DNA from: Candidatus Tectimicrobiota bacterium
Lineage (GTDB): Bacteria > JACPUC01
NCBI GenBank assembly: GCA_016192455.1
Contig: JACPUC010000006.1
Span: 124,001 to 188,000 of the forward strand
Reading direction: 5' to 3'
DNA length: 64,000 bases
Within the stretch, counting starts at the first letter, position 1, and each line of letters opens with the position of its first letter. Below are positions 27,787 to 38,295 of the stretch, piece by piece. The translations under genes and the position numbers were made by a program. The notes under the pieces were generated by a model, which had not been told where the DNA came from, did not search any database, and was given only the letters and a program-made list of their open reading frames with translations.

Positions 27787-28290
27787 ATGCAGCACCAACC
27801 TGTGTACGTGCAAGCACTCCAGCCGTGTCCGCGCTCGGCACACGCCGACGCCATCCTGGCCCAACGCGACGGACCGGCGACCTGGCGGTTCTGCCTCCGT
27901 CACGACGAAGGACCCCTCCTGCACCAGTTCCAGCATCAGGGCACGATCTGCTCTCACTCCCCCTATGCCGTGTCGCTGCTGCTCCTCTTCCTGGCCAGGA
28001 TACGGCTCGCCTCCGCCGTGATCGCTCCCTGCGAGCACGCCGGCTACCTCGGCATCCTGAACTTGGAGCACGACGGCAACCAGGCCGAGCTGCGCTGCGC
28101 TCCCGCCGCAGCCATCCTCATGGCGACGGTGTGCAAGGCGCCGCTCCTCATAGCCCGGTCGCGGCGCGCGTGCACCGACTGCCCCCCGGTCCCCTTCAGC
28201 AGGCCTGAAGGCGCCACGCTGCGGGAACCCTGGCGCGAGGAGGAGCTCCGTTCCTGGCTCGCGGGCCTGACACCGGAGGATTTCCGCTAA
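27787..28290 (+). CDS. Degenerate bifunctional-nuclease (DUF151)-like protein
   Basis: Layout matches DUF151 (ELRCAPAAAILMA...APLLI, C-terminal EELRSWLAGLTPEDF) but the conserved RP.THD and RPSDA motifs are replaced. Confidence 0.6.
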   Translation: MQHQPVYVQALQPCPRSAHADAILAQRDGPATWRFCLRHDEGPLLHQFQHQGTICSHSPYAVSLLLLFLARIRLASAVIAPCEHAGYLGILNLEHDGNQAELRCAPAAAILMATVCKAPLLIARSRRACTDCPPVPFSRPEGATLREPWREEELRSWLAGLTPEDFR

Positions 28291-28494
28291 GCCGCCTGCG
28301 GGGTGGCGGCGGCGCCCCCGCGACGAGATGACGAGGAGGCGGCAACGTTTGGCAGGCGAGGAGTGGAGGCTCGCCCCCCGGGCCTCCCCCTTCCAAGGGA
28401 GGTGACCGGCAGACGCAGCGCTTCAGGGGTGCGACGGTGCCGCGCGTTCTCCCCCTCGACCCGCAGGCTCGGTACTGCTTGAAGCGCTGCGGAC

Positions 28495-28523
28495 TTGCAC
28501 CGCCGGGCGCAACGGCGTATAGA
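28495..28523 (+). promoter_or_regulatory. Possible sigma70 promoter of the MFS gene
   Basis: TTGCAC, 17 nt spacer, TATAGA. Confidence 0.4.
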
Positions 28524-28600
28524 GGTCTGGGCGGCGGCGCCGCCTGGCGCGCGGCAAGCGCCCAACGCCGCATCGTTTCGCCGGTTTCTCCACACCGAAC

Positions 28601-29857
28601 GTGGTCGCTGCCTCACGTATCCCGAAGGGTCCCGACATCGTCCCGCCTGTTCTCTCCAGTACGGCATCACAGTATCGCTGGATCATCCTGGGCGTCGTCT
28701 CCCTGAGCATGATGTGCTACGCCCTGGTCTACCAGTCCATCCCGCCGGTCATCTCATTCATCATCCGGGACCTCGGCATCAGCCATGGTCAGGCTGGACT
28801 CTTGACGAGCGGCTTTGCCTTGCCTGGGATCATCATCGCCGTGCCGGTCGGCATCCTGGCCGGCGTCTACGGTCCACACCGGCTCGGCGTCCTGGCGTAC
28901 GCCGCGCTCGCCGGCGGTGCGCTCCTGGCGGCTCTGAGCACCACGTACGCCCTCCTCCTCGCCGGCAGGCTTCTGGCCGGGATCGGCGCCATGAGCCTGA
29001 TGGTCCTCCTGCCGCCGATGTTGGTTCATTGGTTCCACGGCCGCGAGGTCGGGCTGGCCATGGGGGTCTTCCACACCTCTTACACCGTGGCGGCGATCCT
29101 TGCGTTCAACGTCTACAGCCACATCGGCGCCGCCTTCACCTGGCAGACCACACTCTTCGTGAGCGCCCTCATCGCCCTGCTGGGCGGCATCCTGTATGCC
29201 AGCCTGGTGCGACCGTTGCCCTCAACTACGGCCTCCGTCAGCCGGGCTGCCACCTTCCGGGCCGACTGGTCGCTGGTGCTGCGCCGCATCTGGCCGCTCG
29301 CCCTGTCGTGGTTTTGGCTCAATGCCGCCATGCTCTCGATGTTCACCTTCACGCCCGACGCCCTCATCGAGCGCGGCTGGACGGCCGGCGCCGCGGGCCG
29401 GCAGACGAGCATGGTCCTGTGGCCGGCTTTCTGTCTCACCTCCTTCGCCGGCATCCTCATCGACCGCACCCAGCGCAAGCTGCTCTTTATCGTCGGCGGC
29501 GGGGGACTGACCACCATCGCCATCCTCGGTTTGGCCACGCCGGCGATTCCCGTCTGGTCCGCCATGCTCGTCATGGGGCTGGGGATTTCCTTCTTCCCCT
29601 CGGCCCTCTACTCCCTGCCGAATGACCTCGTGCCGCCGCGCGCCTTGAACCTCGCCTTCGCGCTGTTGATCACCTTCCAGAACCTGGGGGTGGCGCTGGG
29701 GCCGTTCTTTTCAGGCCGCGTGCGCGACGCGACGGGAGCCTACACCTGGCCCTACCTCCTGATGACCGCCTACCAGGCTCTGGCGCCGCTCTCGGCGCTG
29801 GCGATCCTGCCGATCCGGCGGCGCGTCCAGCAGGAGCGCCGCCACGCCGGCGCCTGA
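28601..29857 (+). CDS. MFS transporter
   Basis: About 12 TM helices; GILAGVYG.H and GILIDRT.R loop motifs; GR...G.G; G.VRDATG.Y. Confidence 0.88.
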   Translation: MVAASRIPKGPDIVPPVLSSTASQYRWIILGVVSLSMMCYALVYQSIPPVISFIIRDLGISHGQAGLLTSGFALPGIIIAVPVGILAGVYGPHRLGVLAYAALAGGALLAALSTTYALLLAGRLLAGIGAMSLMVLLPPMLVHWFHGREVGLAMGVFHTSYTVAAILAFNVYSHIGAAFTWQTTLFVSALIALLGGILYASLVRPLPSTTASVSRAATFRADWSLVLRRIWPLALSWFWLNAAMLSMFTFTPDALIERGWTAGAAGRQTSMVLWPAFCLTSFAGILIDRTQRKLLFIVGGGGLTTIAILGLATPAIPVWSAMLVMGLGISFFPSALYSLPNDLVPPRALNLAFALLITFQNLGVALGPFFSGRVRDATGAYTWPYLLMTAYQALAPLSALAILPIRRRVQQERRHAGA

Positions 29858-29889
29858 GCGGCGGGCGCGCGGGCCGCACTTCGCGGCGG

Positions 29890-31209
29890 TCAGTCGTCCA
29901 ATGAGGTGTCAGGGGCAGCCGTGGGGGTGGGGGAGGAACGGAACAGCAGGCCATCCAGCACGATGACGAAGATCATGGCGGAGAGCACCGGGTTCCGCAG
30001 GATGAGGGCGAGGACGTTCGGCATGCCCCGCAGGGACTCCGGCGGCAGTGCCGTGAAGCCGAGGGCGCAGAAGATGGCGAAGCCGACCGTGAAGGCGTGG
30101 CGCTTTGTGAAGCGCGCCGTTCCGGCGCCCCAGATTTCGGCCCCCAGCCCGATGTTCATGCCGGCGATGGCGAGCAGCACCGCCCCGGCGACGGGACGCG
30201 GAATCGCCGCCAGCAGGGCGCTGAGCGGTCCGAGGGAACTGAGCACGACGAGGAGCGCCCCGCCCGCCGCCATGGCCCAGCGGCTGGCGACGTTGGTCAT
30301 GGAGACGAAGCCCAGGCTGCCGGGGTAGCCGACGAGGGGCACCGCCGAGAGCAGCGCCGCCAGCGTTCCCTCGCCCAGGCTGTTGATGACCGCCTGCCGC
30401 AGCAGGTGGCCCTCCTGCCGTCGCACGCGCACCGCCGTGGAGACGCCGAGGGTGGCCCCCATGCCGAACGCCGCGGTGGCGAGCTGCACGAAGGTGAAAA
30501 GAATGAGCAGCCCCAGGGGCGGCCAGCGCAGCCCCAGGAGCGCCGGCCGCGGCGGGCTGATCCAGGGCAACACCGGCACCTGCACGAGCCACCAGCCCGG
30601 CAGGAGACGAAAAAGAAGGTAGCCCAGGGTCACCACCACGATCACCGGCACCGTGGCGATGAACCCCCGCAGGCGCAGGGCGATGAAGCCGCAGAGGAGG
30701 GCCAGGCCGAACGCCGCCAGGCCCGGTCCGGCGCCCTGGGCGACCATGAGGCGGATGCCGAACGGCGCGGAGGAAAGGCCGATCATCATCACCAAGGTGC
30801 CGATGACCAGCGGGGTGAAGAGGGGCCGGATGCGCCCCACCAAGCGGCTGGCGGCGAGGATGGCCACGATGACGCCGCTGAGCGCCAGGGCGCCGAAGAT
30901 GCTGGCGAAGTCATGCCCGGCGCGATGCGACTCGAGCATGGCGAAGATCGTCAAGACGAACGGTCCCGACATCATGCAGAGGGCGTGACCGAAGAACGCC
31001 TGCAGCAGTGATCCCAGGCCGATGATCCAGAGGGTTGCGGCGATGAACTTGCCCAGCACCGGCCCCTCGAGGTTCCATCCCAGGCCGAGGAGCACCAGGC
31101 TGAACATCAGGGGGTAGGTGGCGAACGCCACCCACTGGGCCGCATAGATGAGGAGCTGCAAGGCGGGAGGACGCTCTTCGACGCCGAATCGGAAAGCTTG
31201 CGCCGTCAT
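29890..31209 (-). CDS. NCS2 (xanthine/uracil permease) family transporter
   Basis: FGVEERPP, SLLQ.FFG, LFTPLV.G, T.VASR, AIP.PV.G; several substrate-site residues look divergent. Confidence 0.85.
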   Translation of the reverse strand: MTAQAFRFGVEERPPALQLLIYAAQWVAFATYPLMFSLVLLGLGWNLEGPVLGKFIAATLWIIGLGSLLQAFFGHALCMMSGPFVLTIFAMLESHRAGHDFASIFGALALSGVIVAILAASRLVGRIRPLFTPLVIGTLVMMIGLSSAPFGIRLMVAQGAGPGLAAFGLALLCGFIALRLRGFIATVPVIVVVTLGYLLFRLLPGWWLVQVPVLPWISPPRPALLGLRWPPLGLLILFTFVQLATAAFGMGATLGVSTAVRVRRQEGHLLRQAVINSLGEGTLAALLSAVPLVGYPGSLGFVSMTNVASRWAMAAGGALLVVLSSLGPLSALLAAIPRPVAGAVLLAIAGMNIGLGAEIWGAGTARFTKRHAFTVGFAIFCALGFTALPPESLRGMPNVLALILRNPVLSAMIFVIVLDGLLFRSSPTPTAAPDTSLDD

Positions 31210-31514
31210 CCGGGCCCTCGTGAGGCGGAGCAGACTGCGCGGGGAAGAAGCGTGGCGCGTCGGAAGCCGCGCGGGCCCGCTGCCCGGCGATGGTACCGCC
31301 GCCGCGGCGGACCTGTCAATGAGGGCGCCGCCGGCGTTCGCTGCGCCAGCGCGGCGCCAGGCGTCGCCCCCGCGCGGCGCCCCGCGGCCAAGGCGCCGGC
31401 ATTGCGCCGTCGGGGTCGAACCGGCTAGGCTGGCATGGTGCGGGACCGCAGGTCCTCCCCGCGGCGGCAGGCCGGTCGAAGTTCTCACCACTGCTGTGCG
31501 CCAACCGAGGTCCC

Positions 31515-33143
31515 ATGGCAAAGCGCGCCCTCACCCCGCAGCGGGCAACCTCCGCTGCTCACCGCGGCGCAGAGCGAGCCACCCTCCCTGGCTGGTTCCT
31601 CTACCTCACCGTCTTTCTCTGCGGCCATGCGGTGATGATGGTCGAGATTCTGGGGGCGCGCATCATCGGGCCGTACTTCGGCGTCAGCCTCTACGTCTGG
31701 ACCGCCATCATCGCCGTCACCCTCGTCTCCCTGACGCTCGGGTACTGGTGGGGGGGATGGCTGGCGGACCGCCGGGGATCGGCCGATACGCTCTTCACGG
31801 TGATCAGCGCCGCCGGTCTCTCCATCCTCCTCATTGCGCTGGTGAAGAACGCCGTGCTGACGGCGAGCGGCTCGCTTGGCCTCCGCCTGGGGGCGCTCAC
31901 GAGCGCCTTCCTTCTCTTCAGCGTGCCGCTCCTCCTCCTTGGCGTCGTGGCGCCGCTGGCGGTGAAGCTGCAGGCCTCCTCGCTGCTGGGGCTGGGCGGC
32001 ACGGTCGGCAGGCTCTACGCCGTCTCGACGCTGGGGAGCGTCATCGGCAGCATCGACACCGGCTTCTTCCTCATCCCCCACCTGGCGGTGCCGAGCGTCC
32101 TGGCGCTCGCCGCCGCGGTCCTCCTGGCGCTCGGCGCGGCCTACTGGGGGATGCGCCGCAGCCCCCGCGCCGCCGTGGCGCTCCTCCTGCTGCCGGCGAT
32201 GGGGATCCCCTGGTGGCCCAGCCCCTCCGCCACCTTCACCCGCAACGGCGTCACCTGGAAGGTTATCGACAAGCGTGAGAGCCCCTACGGCGTCATCCAT
32301 GTCCTGGACATCACGAGCGGCGCGCAGACGAGCCGCATCCTGCTGAATGACGGCATTGGGCAATCGGCGATGGACGTCGCCACGGGCTTGTCGCTGGCGC
32401 CCTACACCTACGGCATGGAGCTGCTGGCGCTGCGCTACCAGCCGCGGGCCAAGCGCGCCCTCGCCGTGGGGCTGGGCGCCGGTCTCCTCAGCCGGGGGCT
32501 CGAAGCGCGCGGCATCCGCACCGATGTCGTCGAGATCAACCCCGTCATCCTCGAGGTGGCGCGGCGTCTCTTCAGCTACCCGGGCGCCACGGGCCGCACC
32601 TTCCTCGAGGACGCCCGGGTCACCATCCAGCGCAGCCAGGAGCGCTATGACATCATCAGCCTCGATGCCTTCCTGGGCGAGATCGCCCCGAGCCACCTGT
32701 TGACGCGCGAGATGTTCAGCGCCATCGACCGCCTGCTGAGCCAGGACGGCGTCGTCATCCTCAACCTGCCCGGCTATCGCCGCGGGCCGCAGAGCCTTGC
32801 CGCCGCCTCGCTCCAGGCCACGCTGCGGCAGGTCTTCGCGCAAGTCGATGTCTATTTCTCCCCGTTCAGCCAGCGCCCCCAGGACGCCGATTTCGGCAAC
32901 CTCCTCTTTGCGGCCTACCGCCACGAACCGCTCGACCCCTTGCCGACGCCTCAGCTCACGGTCCACCCCAGCGCCCAGGCAGCCCTGCGGAACCTTCTTG
33001 CCTCGCGATTCCGCTTGCCGACCGAGGGCGCCCTCCTTCTCACCGACGACTACAACCCCATCGACTACTACGACCTTGCCGCCAAGGAGGCCTTCCGCCG
33101 CCGCATGCAGGAGATCCTCGGCGCGAATATCCTCCTGCAGTGA
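31515..33143 (+). CDS. Fused membrane domain/spermidine synthase-like SAM-dependent protein
   Basis: M.EI.G.R...PYFG.S..VW, G.LYA.ST.GS, GLGAG, VEINP, DAR, LLTDDYNP. Confidence 0.9.
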   Translation: MAKRALTPQRATSAAHRGAERATLPGWFLYLTVFLCGHAVMMVEILGARIIGPYFGVSLYVWTAIIAVTLVSLTLGYWWGGWLADRRGSADTLFTVISAAGLSILLIALVKNAVLTASGSLGLRLGALTSAFLLFSVPLLLLGVVAPLAVKLQASSLLGLGGTVGRLYAVSTLGSVIGSIDTGFFLIPHLAVPSVLALAAAVLLALGAAYWGMRRSPRAAVALLLLPAMGIPWWPSPSATFTRNGVTWKVIDKRESPYGVIHVLDITSGAQTSRILLNDGIGQSAMDVATGLSLAPYTYGMELLALRYQPRAKRALAVGLGAGLLSRGLEARGIRTDVVEINPVILEVARRLFSYPGATGRTFLEDARVTIQRSQERYDIISLDAFLGEIAPSHLLTREMFSAIDRLLSQDGVVILNLPGYRRGPQSLAAASLQATLRQVFAQVDVYFSPFSQRPQDADFGNLLFAAYRHEPLDPLPTPQLTVHPSAQAALRNLLASRFRLPTEGALLLTDDYNPIDYYDLAAKEAFRRRMQEILGANILLQ

Positions 33144-33317
33144 GACCCGACAGGAACGTCACCCTCGCCTGGGCCGAGCGCAAGCCAGGAGCGAGGCGAC
33201 GACCGTTGTCGGGCCGCGGACCGGCGCCAGGGTGGGGACGACAAGCGTTCCGCAGGCGTTGAGAGAGGCGCCGGGAGCGCGGCAAGGAGGCGGGAGGGAG
33301 AAAGAGGCGGAGGCGGC

Positions 33318-34742
33318 TCACACGGAGCCGCCAAGGACCCCGCCTCGATGCAGCGCATGGAGCGCCGTAAAAGCGCCCTGCCGCACCCGCTCGTCGGCGT
33401 CGTTGAGGAGCCGCAGCAGCGTAGGGAGGGAAGCGCCGCCGGCGACTCGTACCAGGGAGAGCGCGGCGTTCCGGCGCACCGCGCCGTCGGCATCGGCGCA
33501 GGCCTCCTCGAGGAGGCGGCGCTCTTCCTTGCCCCCGCAGAACCCCAGGACCTCGGCGGCGCGCGCCCGCAGTCTGGCGTCGGGGCTGGAAAGGAGCCGC
33601 GCCACCTGTGGCCGTGCCAGGACCATCCCACTCTCCCCCAGGGCCAGGACGGCGCGCTCGCGCAGTTCCGCATCCTCTCCCCCAAGCAGCTCCTCAAGGC
33701 AGGCAGACGCCGCCGGGTCCGCGATGTTCCCCAATGCCTCGATCACCTTCAGGCGCACGCTCCGAGCGCGGTCATGCAGCGCCGCGCGGAGCGCCGGCAC
33801 GGCGAGGGCGTGGCCGCTGTTGCCGAGACCCACGGCGGCGCGCCCGCGCAGCTCCGGCTCGGCATTGCGGAGCATCCGGCTGAGCGGCGGGATGCAGGAG
33901 GGCAAGGCAAGGAGGCCGAGGGCGAAGGTGGCCCGCTTGCGCACCGGCGCCGCGGCGTCTTCCAGGGCGGCCGTCAGCGCCGGCACCGCCTCCTCCTGCC
34001 CAAGGAGGCCGAGCTGCTCGACGGCGCAGTAGCGCTGGAAAACCTCCGGGCTTTGGAGCTTCTCGAGAAGCCGCTGAAGCGCGGCAGCCGGATCAGCATG
34101 AGCCAACGCCCGCGCCGCGGCATGACGGACGGCCAGCGCGTCATCCGCCAGCGCCGCCAGGAGGGCCGCGCACGCCGCCGCCGCACCCGCCTCATCTCGA
34201 CATCCTGCTTCAAGGGGGACGGGCCGTGAGCCCTCCTCCTGAGCCGCGCCGGACACCGCGCTGGGCCGCCGCCCGCGGCCAAGCTGGGGAGGCCGGAGAT
34301 CACCCCGTTGCGCCAGCGCTTCCGCCGCCGCGCGCCGCACCCGCGAGGAGCGATCGCCGAGCAGCACCGCCAGCGTCGCGAGCGTCCCCCTTGCCCTGCT
34401 CTCGCCGAAGACCATGGCCAGGGCGGCGCGCACCTCGGCGTCGGCGTCCTGGAGCATGCCCATGACCAGACCGGCCCCCGCCTCCCCAAGACTTCCCAGC
34501 GCCAGGATGGCAAGAACCCGGAGATGCGCCTGCGGCTCGACAAGGAGGGGCACCAGCTCGTCCCCCACCTCCTGGAGATCATAGCGCAGGAGCAGCTCGC
34601 GGCACTCCTCGCGGAGTGCCTCGTAGGGCGTGCTCAGGTAGAGCGCCGCAAGCTCCGCAACAATCCCGCGGCGCTCCGCGCCGGCGGCGGGGCGGAGCGT
34701 GGCCCGCTCGATGAGGTCGGTGTGGAGGAGCTGGTCGATCAT
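33318..34742 (-). CDS. HEAT/PBS-lyase-like repeat protein
   Basis: About 12 repeats of L.D....VR..AA.ALG. Confidence 0.85.
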   Translation of the reverse strand: MIDQLLHTDLIERATLRPAAGAERRGIVAELAALYLSTPYEALREECRELLLRYDLQEVGDELVPLLVEPQAHLRVLAILALGSLGEAGAGLVMGMLQDADAEVRAALAMVFGESRARGTLATLAVLLGDRSSRVRRAAAEALAQRGDLRPPQLGRGRRPSAVSGAAQEEGSRPVPLEAGCRDEAGAAAACAALLAALADDALAVRHAAARALAHADPAAALQRLLEKLQSPEVFQRYCAVEQLGLLGQEEAVPALTAALEDAAAPVRKRATFALGLLALPSCIPPLSRMLRNAEPELRGRAAVGLGNSGHALAVPALRAALHDRARSVRLKVIEALGNIADPAASACLEELLGGEDAELRERAVLALGESGMVLARPQVARLLSSPDARLRARAAEVLGFCGGKEERRLLEEACADADGAVRRNAALSLVRVAGGASLPTLLRLLNDADERVRQGAFTALHALHRGGVLGGSV

Positions 34743-34820
34743 GGGCTGCTGCCGCCGCCGAGGGCCGCCGGTCCGGAACGCAGCCCCCCCCTCGCGTGCC
34801 GGCCGCCGCGGGCGCGGCGA

Positions 34821-35723
34821 TTACAACGCCACCACGTAGCGGCCGATGAACTCCCGCAGCGCCTCGTAGACGCTGCGCTCGCGGCCGCTGTAGTGGTGGT
34901 CCGCGCCGTCGATGACGGTGAACTGCTTGGCGATGCTCGGCAGCCGCTCGCAGGAGCGCCGCCACAGCTCGAGGCGCGACTCCATGCTGCCGGCCAGCCA
35001 GAGGGTGGGCAGGCGCACCTTGGCGAGGGCGTCATCGAACCAGCCTTGGCGCTCATGGAAGCGGTCGAGGAGGCTGGCGGCGCTGATGGCCCAGTACCAG
35101 CTCGGCAGCGGCAGGAGGTGGTGCCCCCGTCCCTCAGCCACCAGAGCCTCCGCCTGGCGTCGCGCCGCCTGGCGCTCCTCCTCGCTCTCGAACCAGAATG
35201 ACAGGGCGGTCTTGGTCGTGGTGAGGGGCGAGAGGAGGACGAGCGCGGCGACCTGATTGGAGCGGCTCAGGTAGTCGACGGCGTAGTAGCCGCCGGAGCT
35301 GTGGCCGCAGAGAACGATCTGACTGTAGCCGAGCTGGCGCAGCAGCTCAACCCCGGCCTTGATGTCCTTGTGGCCGTCCTCCAGCCTCTCCCAGGCGCCG
35401 CCGGCCATGGTGAAGGCGTCGGGGGAGACGCTCCCCCGCAGGTCCGGCCGTGCGTAGCCGAGATCGTGGCAGCGCAGGTTGATCGAGAAGGAGGAGATGC
35501 CGTCATTCGCCAAGAGCGGCGGCAGCGTGCGCCCCAGGCCGCTGTAGAAGTTGCTGGTCTTGCCGTGCACGATGAGCACCGCGGTGGCGATGGCCTCCAC
35601 GCGCAGCGGCACGAAGAGGGCGCCGTCGATCGTCACGCCATCTTCCGTGCGTAGGGTAAAGAGGTCCGTCGAGTAAGATTTCACCGGGCGGCGCGAGGCT
35701 CCGGCTGGTCGGCGGTTGGGCAT
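34821..35723 (-). CDS. Alpha/beta hydrolase (paralog 1)
   Basis: HG oxyanion motif, GHSSGG nucleophile elbow, GADH.Y. Confidence 0.87.
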   Translation of the reverse strand: MPNRRPAGASRRPVKSYSTDLFTLRTEDGVTIDGALFVPLRVEAIATAVLIVHGKTSNFYSGLGRTLPPLLANDGISSFSINLRCHDLGYARPDLRGSVSPDAFTMAGGAWERLEDGHKDIKAGVELLRQLGYSQIVLCGHSSGGYYAVDYLSRSNQVAALVLLSPLTTTKTALSFWFESEEERQAARRQAEALVAEGRGHHLLPLPSWYWAISAASLLDRFHERQGWFDDALAKVRLPTLWLAGSMESRLELWRRSCERLPSIAKQFTVIDGADHHYSGRERSVYEALREFIGRYVVAL

Positions 35724-35832
35724 GGGGGCAGGCTCCTCTGGTCGCAGAGCGCCATGGAACGAACCATCTTCCGTGCGGCGGACGGCGAGACCTTGCCGCG
35801 GGCGCCTCGCCGGCCAGGTGAGGCGGCACGGA

Positions 35833-36732
35833 TCACCTGATCCCAACCGTCGCGAGGAACTGGGCGATCGCGGCGAAGACGGCCTCCTCGTGGCCGAGGT
35901 ACTGGTGCTCCGAGCCTGCAATGATGCTGAGGTGTTTCTGCTCGTTGCGCATCGTTTCGTAGTAGCGCCGCCAGAGGTCCACGCGGTCCTCGCTGCTGCC
36001 GTAGAGCCAGAGGGTGGGCACGTCCACCGTGGCAAGCGCCTCATCGAACCACCCCTGGCGCTCGCCGAGGCGGTCGAGGAGGCTGGCCGCGCTGATGGCG
36101 TGGTACCAGGTCCGCAAGGGGATGATCTCGTGGCCGCGCCCCTGCACCACCAGCGTCTCGGCCTGGCGCCGGGCCGCCGCGAGCTCGGCATCGGTAGGGA
36201 ACCAAAGGCGCAGGGGGGTCTTGTTCGTCGTCAGGGGAGAGAGGAGCACCAGCGCCGCCGCATCGCGATGGCGGCTCACGTAGTCGACGGCATAGAAGCC
36301 GCCGGAGCTGTGCCCGCAAAGCACAATGCGCTCGAAGCCGAGTCGCCGCAGGTGGGCCACGCCCGCCTTGAGGTCGAGGTGGCCGGCGTCGAGCTGCTCC
36401 CAGGCGCCGCCGGCCATGCGAAAGGCGCCGGCCGCGCTGCCGGAGGAGGGCAGGTCGGCGCGGTTGTAACCGAGATCATGGCAGCGCATGTTCATCGAGA
36501 GGCTGGCATAGCCCAGCTTGGCAAAGCGCGGCGGCAGGAAGCGGTTGACGCAGGTGTAGAAATTGCCGGCCTTGCCATGGATGATGAGGAGCGCGGCTTT
36601 CGAGGCCGGTCGCTTCCTGGCGAGGTAGAGTGCGCCATCGAGGAGCATGCCATCGTCGGTCGTCAGCGTGACGAGATCGACGGCGTATGGTTTGCGATCG
36701 GCAGCCCCTCTGCGGTGCGTTGTCTCAGCCAT
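35833..36732 (-). CDS. Alpha/beta hydrolase (paralog 2)
   Basis: HGK..NFY, GHSSGG, GSSED, GSEH.Y; clearly homologous to the downstream gene. Confidence 0.87.
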   Translation of the reverse strand: MAETTHRRGAADRKPYAVDLVTLTTDDGMLLDGALYLARKRPASKAALLIIHGKAGNFYTCVNRFLPPRFAKLGYASLSMNMRCHDLGYNRADLPSSGSAAGAFRMAGGAWEQLDAGHLDLKAGVAHLRRLGFERIVLCGHSSGGFYAVDYVSRHRDAAALVLLSPLTTNKTPLRLWFPTDAELAAARRQAETLVVQGRGHEIIPLRTWYHAISAASLLDRLGERQGWFDEALATVDVPTLWLYGSSEDRVDLWRRYYETMRNEQKHLSIIAGSEHQYLGHEEAVFAAIAQFLATVGIR

Positions 36733-37397
36733 GCGGCGTACTCCTCGGGAGCCAGGGGAGAAGGCCCGGGGGAGCAGAGGAGCGGCGCCCTCCGCCGTGC
36801 GGCGCTCCCCCGCGGCCTTTGCCATCAGCATACACATCGAGACTCTCCGAAACAATGGCACGCCGCCGGCGGGCCAGCCCACGGAGGGGGCGAGAGTGGA
36901 TGCGGGGAACTCGCTGGGACCTGGAGACTGGCCGGACCCGCGGTATCAAAAGGGGGAGGCACCGTGATCCAGGGCTCCATCCTTCTGCGCTGACGCGCCT
37001 CCTCTCGCGACGGCGCGCGGGACCTCGTCGGCGCCGTGGCGACCGCCGCAGAAGCGCTGGCGACGCAGCCGCGCGAAGTGCTCCCCCTATGTTCAACGGC
37101 TGCGCTTGCCGGGAACCTGAAATTCAGGTAATGCTTGGGGTCGAGACGTCAGAGGCAGCGTAGCGAAAGGAGCCGCCCACGCCGCACAGCGTGGGCTCGC
37201 TCGCCTGCCGCGGGCGGCTCCTCTTGGAGCAGCGGGAGAGTGGAGCGGCGGGAAGGTAAGGGTTTGTCTCCGCTCGGCTTGCGCCCCGAGGCGGCGCGGG
37301 ACGCTGTGACGGACGGCCCCGTGGAGTCCGGCCGGGTCATCGTCTCCTCGCCCCCGGGGATACCTCACAGAGTGCCTAGGAAGGGAGGACGCGTGCC

Positions 37398-38120
37398 ATG
37401 CCGTTTACGCTCTCGCCGCAAGTTGACGCCTTGATTGCCATGCAGGTGGGGAAGCTCACGGAGCAGCTCCGCAAGCGTCGGGAGGAGGCCAGGCGGGCCT
37501 ACCCGTTCGTGACGGTGTCGCGCGAGTTTGGCTGCCAGGGCTACCCGTTCAGCGAGAGCCTCTACAAGAAGCTCAACGCGCGTTCGCCCGAGGATGCACC
37601 CTGGACGGTCTGGGACCGCGAGCTCATCACCAAGGTGAGCAAAGATACGGGGCTGAACAAGGAACTCATCGAGGCCCTCAGTGGCGAACATCGTTCACAG
37701 CTCACGCAGGTGCGCGACGAGTTCTTTGCCGGCCGGCCCAATGACTTCAAGGTCTACCTCGCCATCTTCCAAACGATGTCAACGATGGCCATGAACGGCC
37801 GCGTCATCCTCATGGGGCATGGCAGCGCCATCGCCACCAAGAACCTGCCGCGCAGCGTGCACGTGCGCCTCTACGGGTCGCTGCAGTTCCGTCTCGAGGG
37901 GCTCATGCGCGCTCACCATATCCCGCAGGAAGAAGCCCTGCGCCTGGCCCGCACCAGGGAGGCCGAGCGGGAGGACTTCGTGCGCCGCTACGCCAACGCC
38001 GACGTTCGCGACCCCCTGCACTACCACCTCATGTTCAAGAACGATACGAGCACCCCGGACGAGATGGCCGAGACGGTGATCCGCTTCATGGAGGTGAAGC
38101 ACCTCTTCGAGCCGAGGTAG
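37398..38120 (+). CDS. Cytidylate kinase-like family protein
   Basis: TVSREFGCQG, WDREL, G.VILMGHG, HVRL, R..FVRRY...D..DP..YHL. Confidence 0.85.
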   Translation: MPFTLSPQVDALIAMQVGKLTEQLRKRREEARRAYPFVTVSREFGCQGYPFSESLYKKLNARSPEDAPWTVWDRELITKVSKDTGLNKELIEALSGEHRSQLTQVRDEFFAGRPNDFKVYLAIFQTMSTMAMNGRVILMGHGSAIATKNLPRSVHVRLYGSLQFRLEGLMRAHHIPQEEALRLARTREAEREDFVRRYANADVRDPLHYHLMFKNDTSTPDEMAETVIRFMEVKHLFEPR

Positions 38121-38150
38121 GCGGCGCGGCACGCCCGGGCAGGAGATTCC

Positions 38151-38190
38151 AAAAGAGCGAGGCCGGAACTGTCGCGTTCCGGCCTCGTTC
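38151..38190. terminator. Hairpin terminator between convergent genes
   Basis: Perfect 12-bp stem CGAGGCCGGAAC (38158-38169)/GTTCCGGCCTCG (38176-38187); CTCTTTT follows on the minus strand. Confidence 0.65.
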
Positions 38191-38295
38191 CTCATCGTTC
38201 CCGGTCATCACCGGCGGCTCGCAGGCCAGTCGGCCGCGCCATGCCTCGTGCCGGCGTCGCCAGAGGCGGGTGCCCCGCGGCGAGGACTCCCCAGG

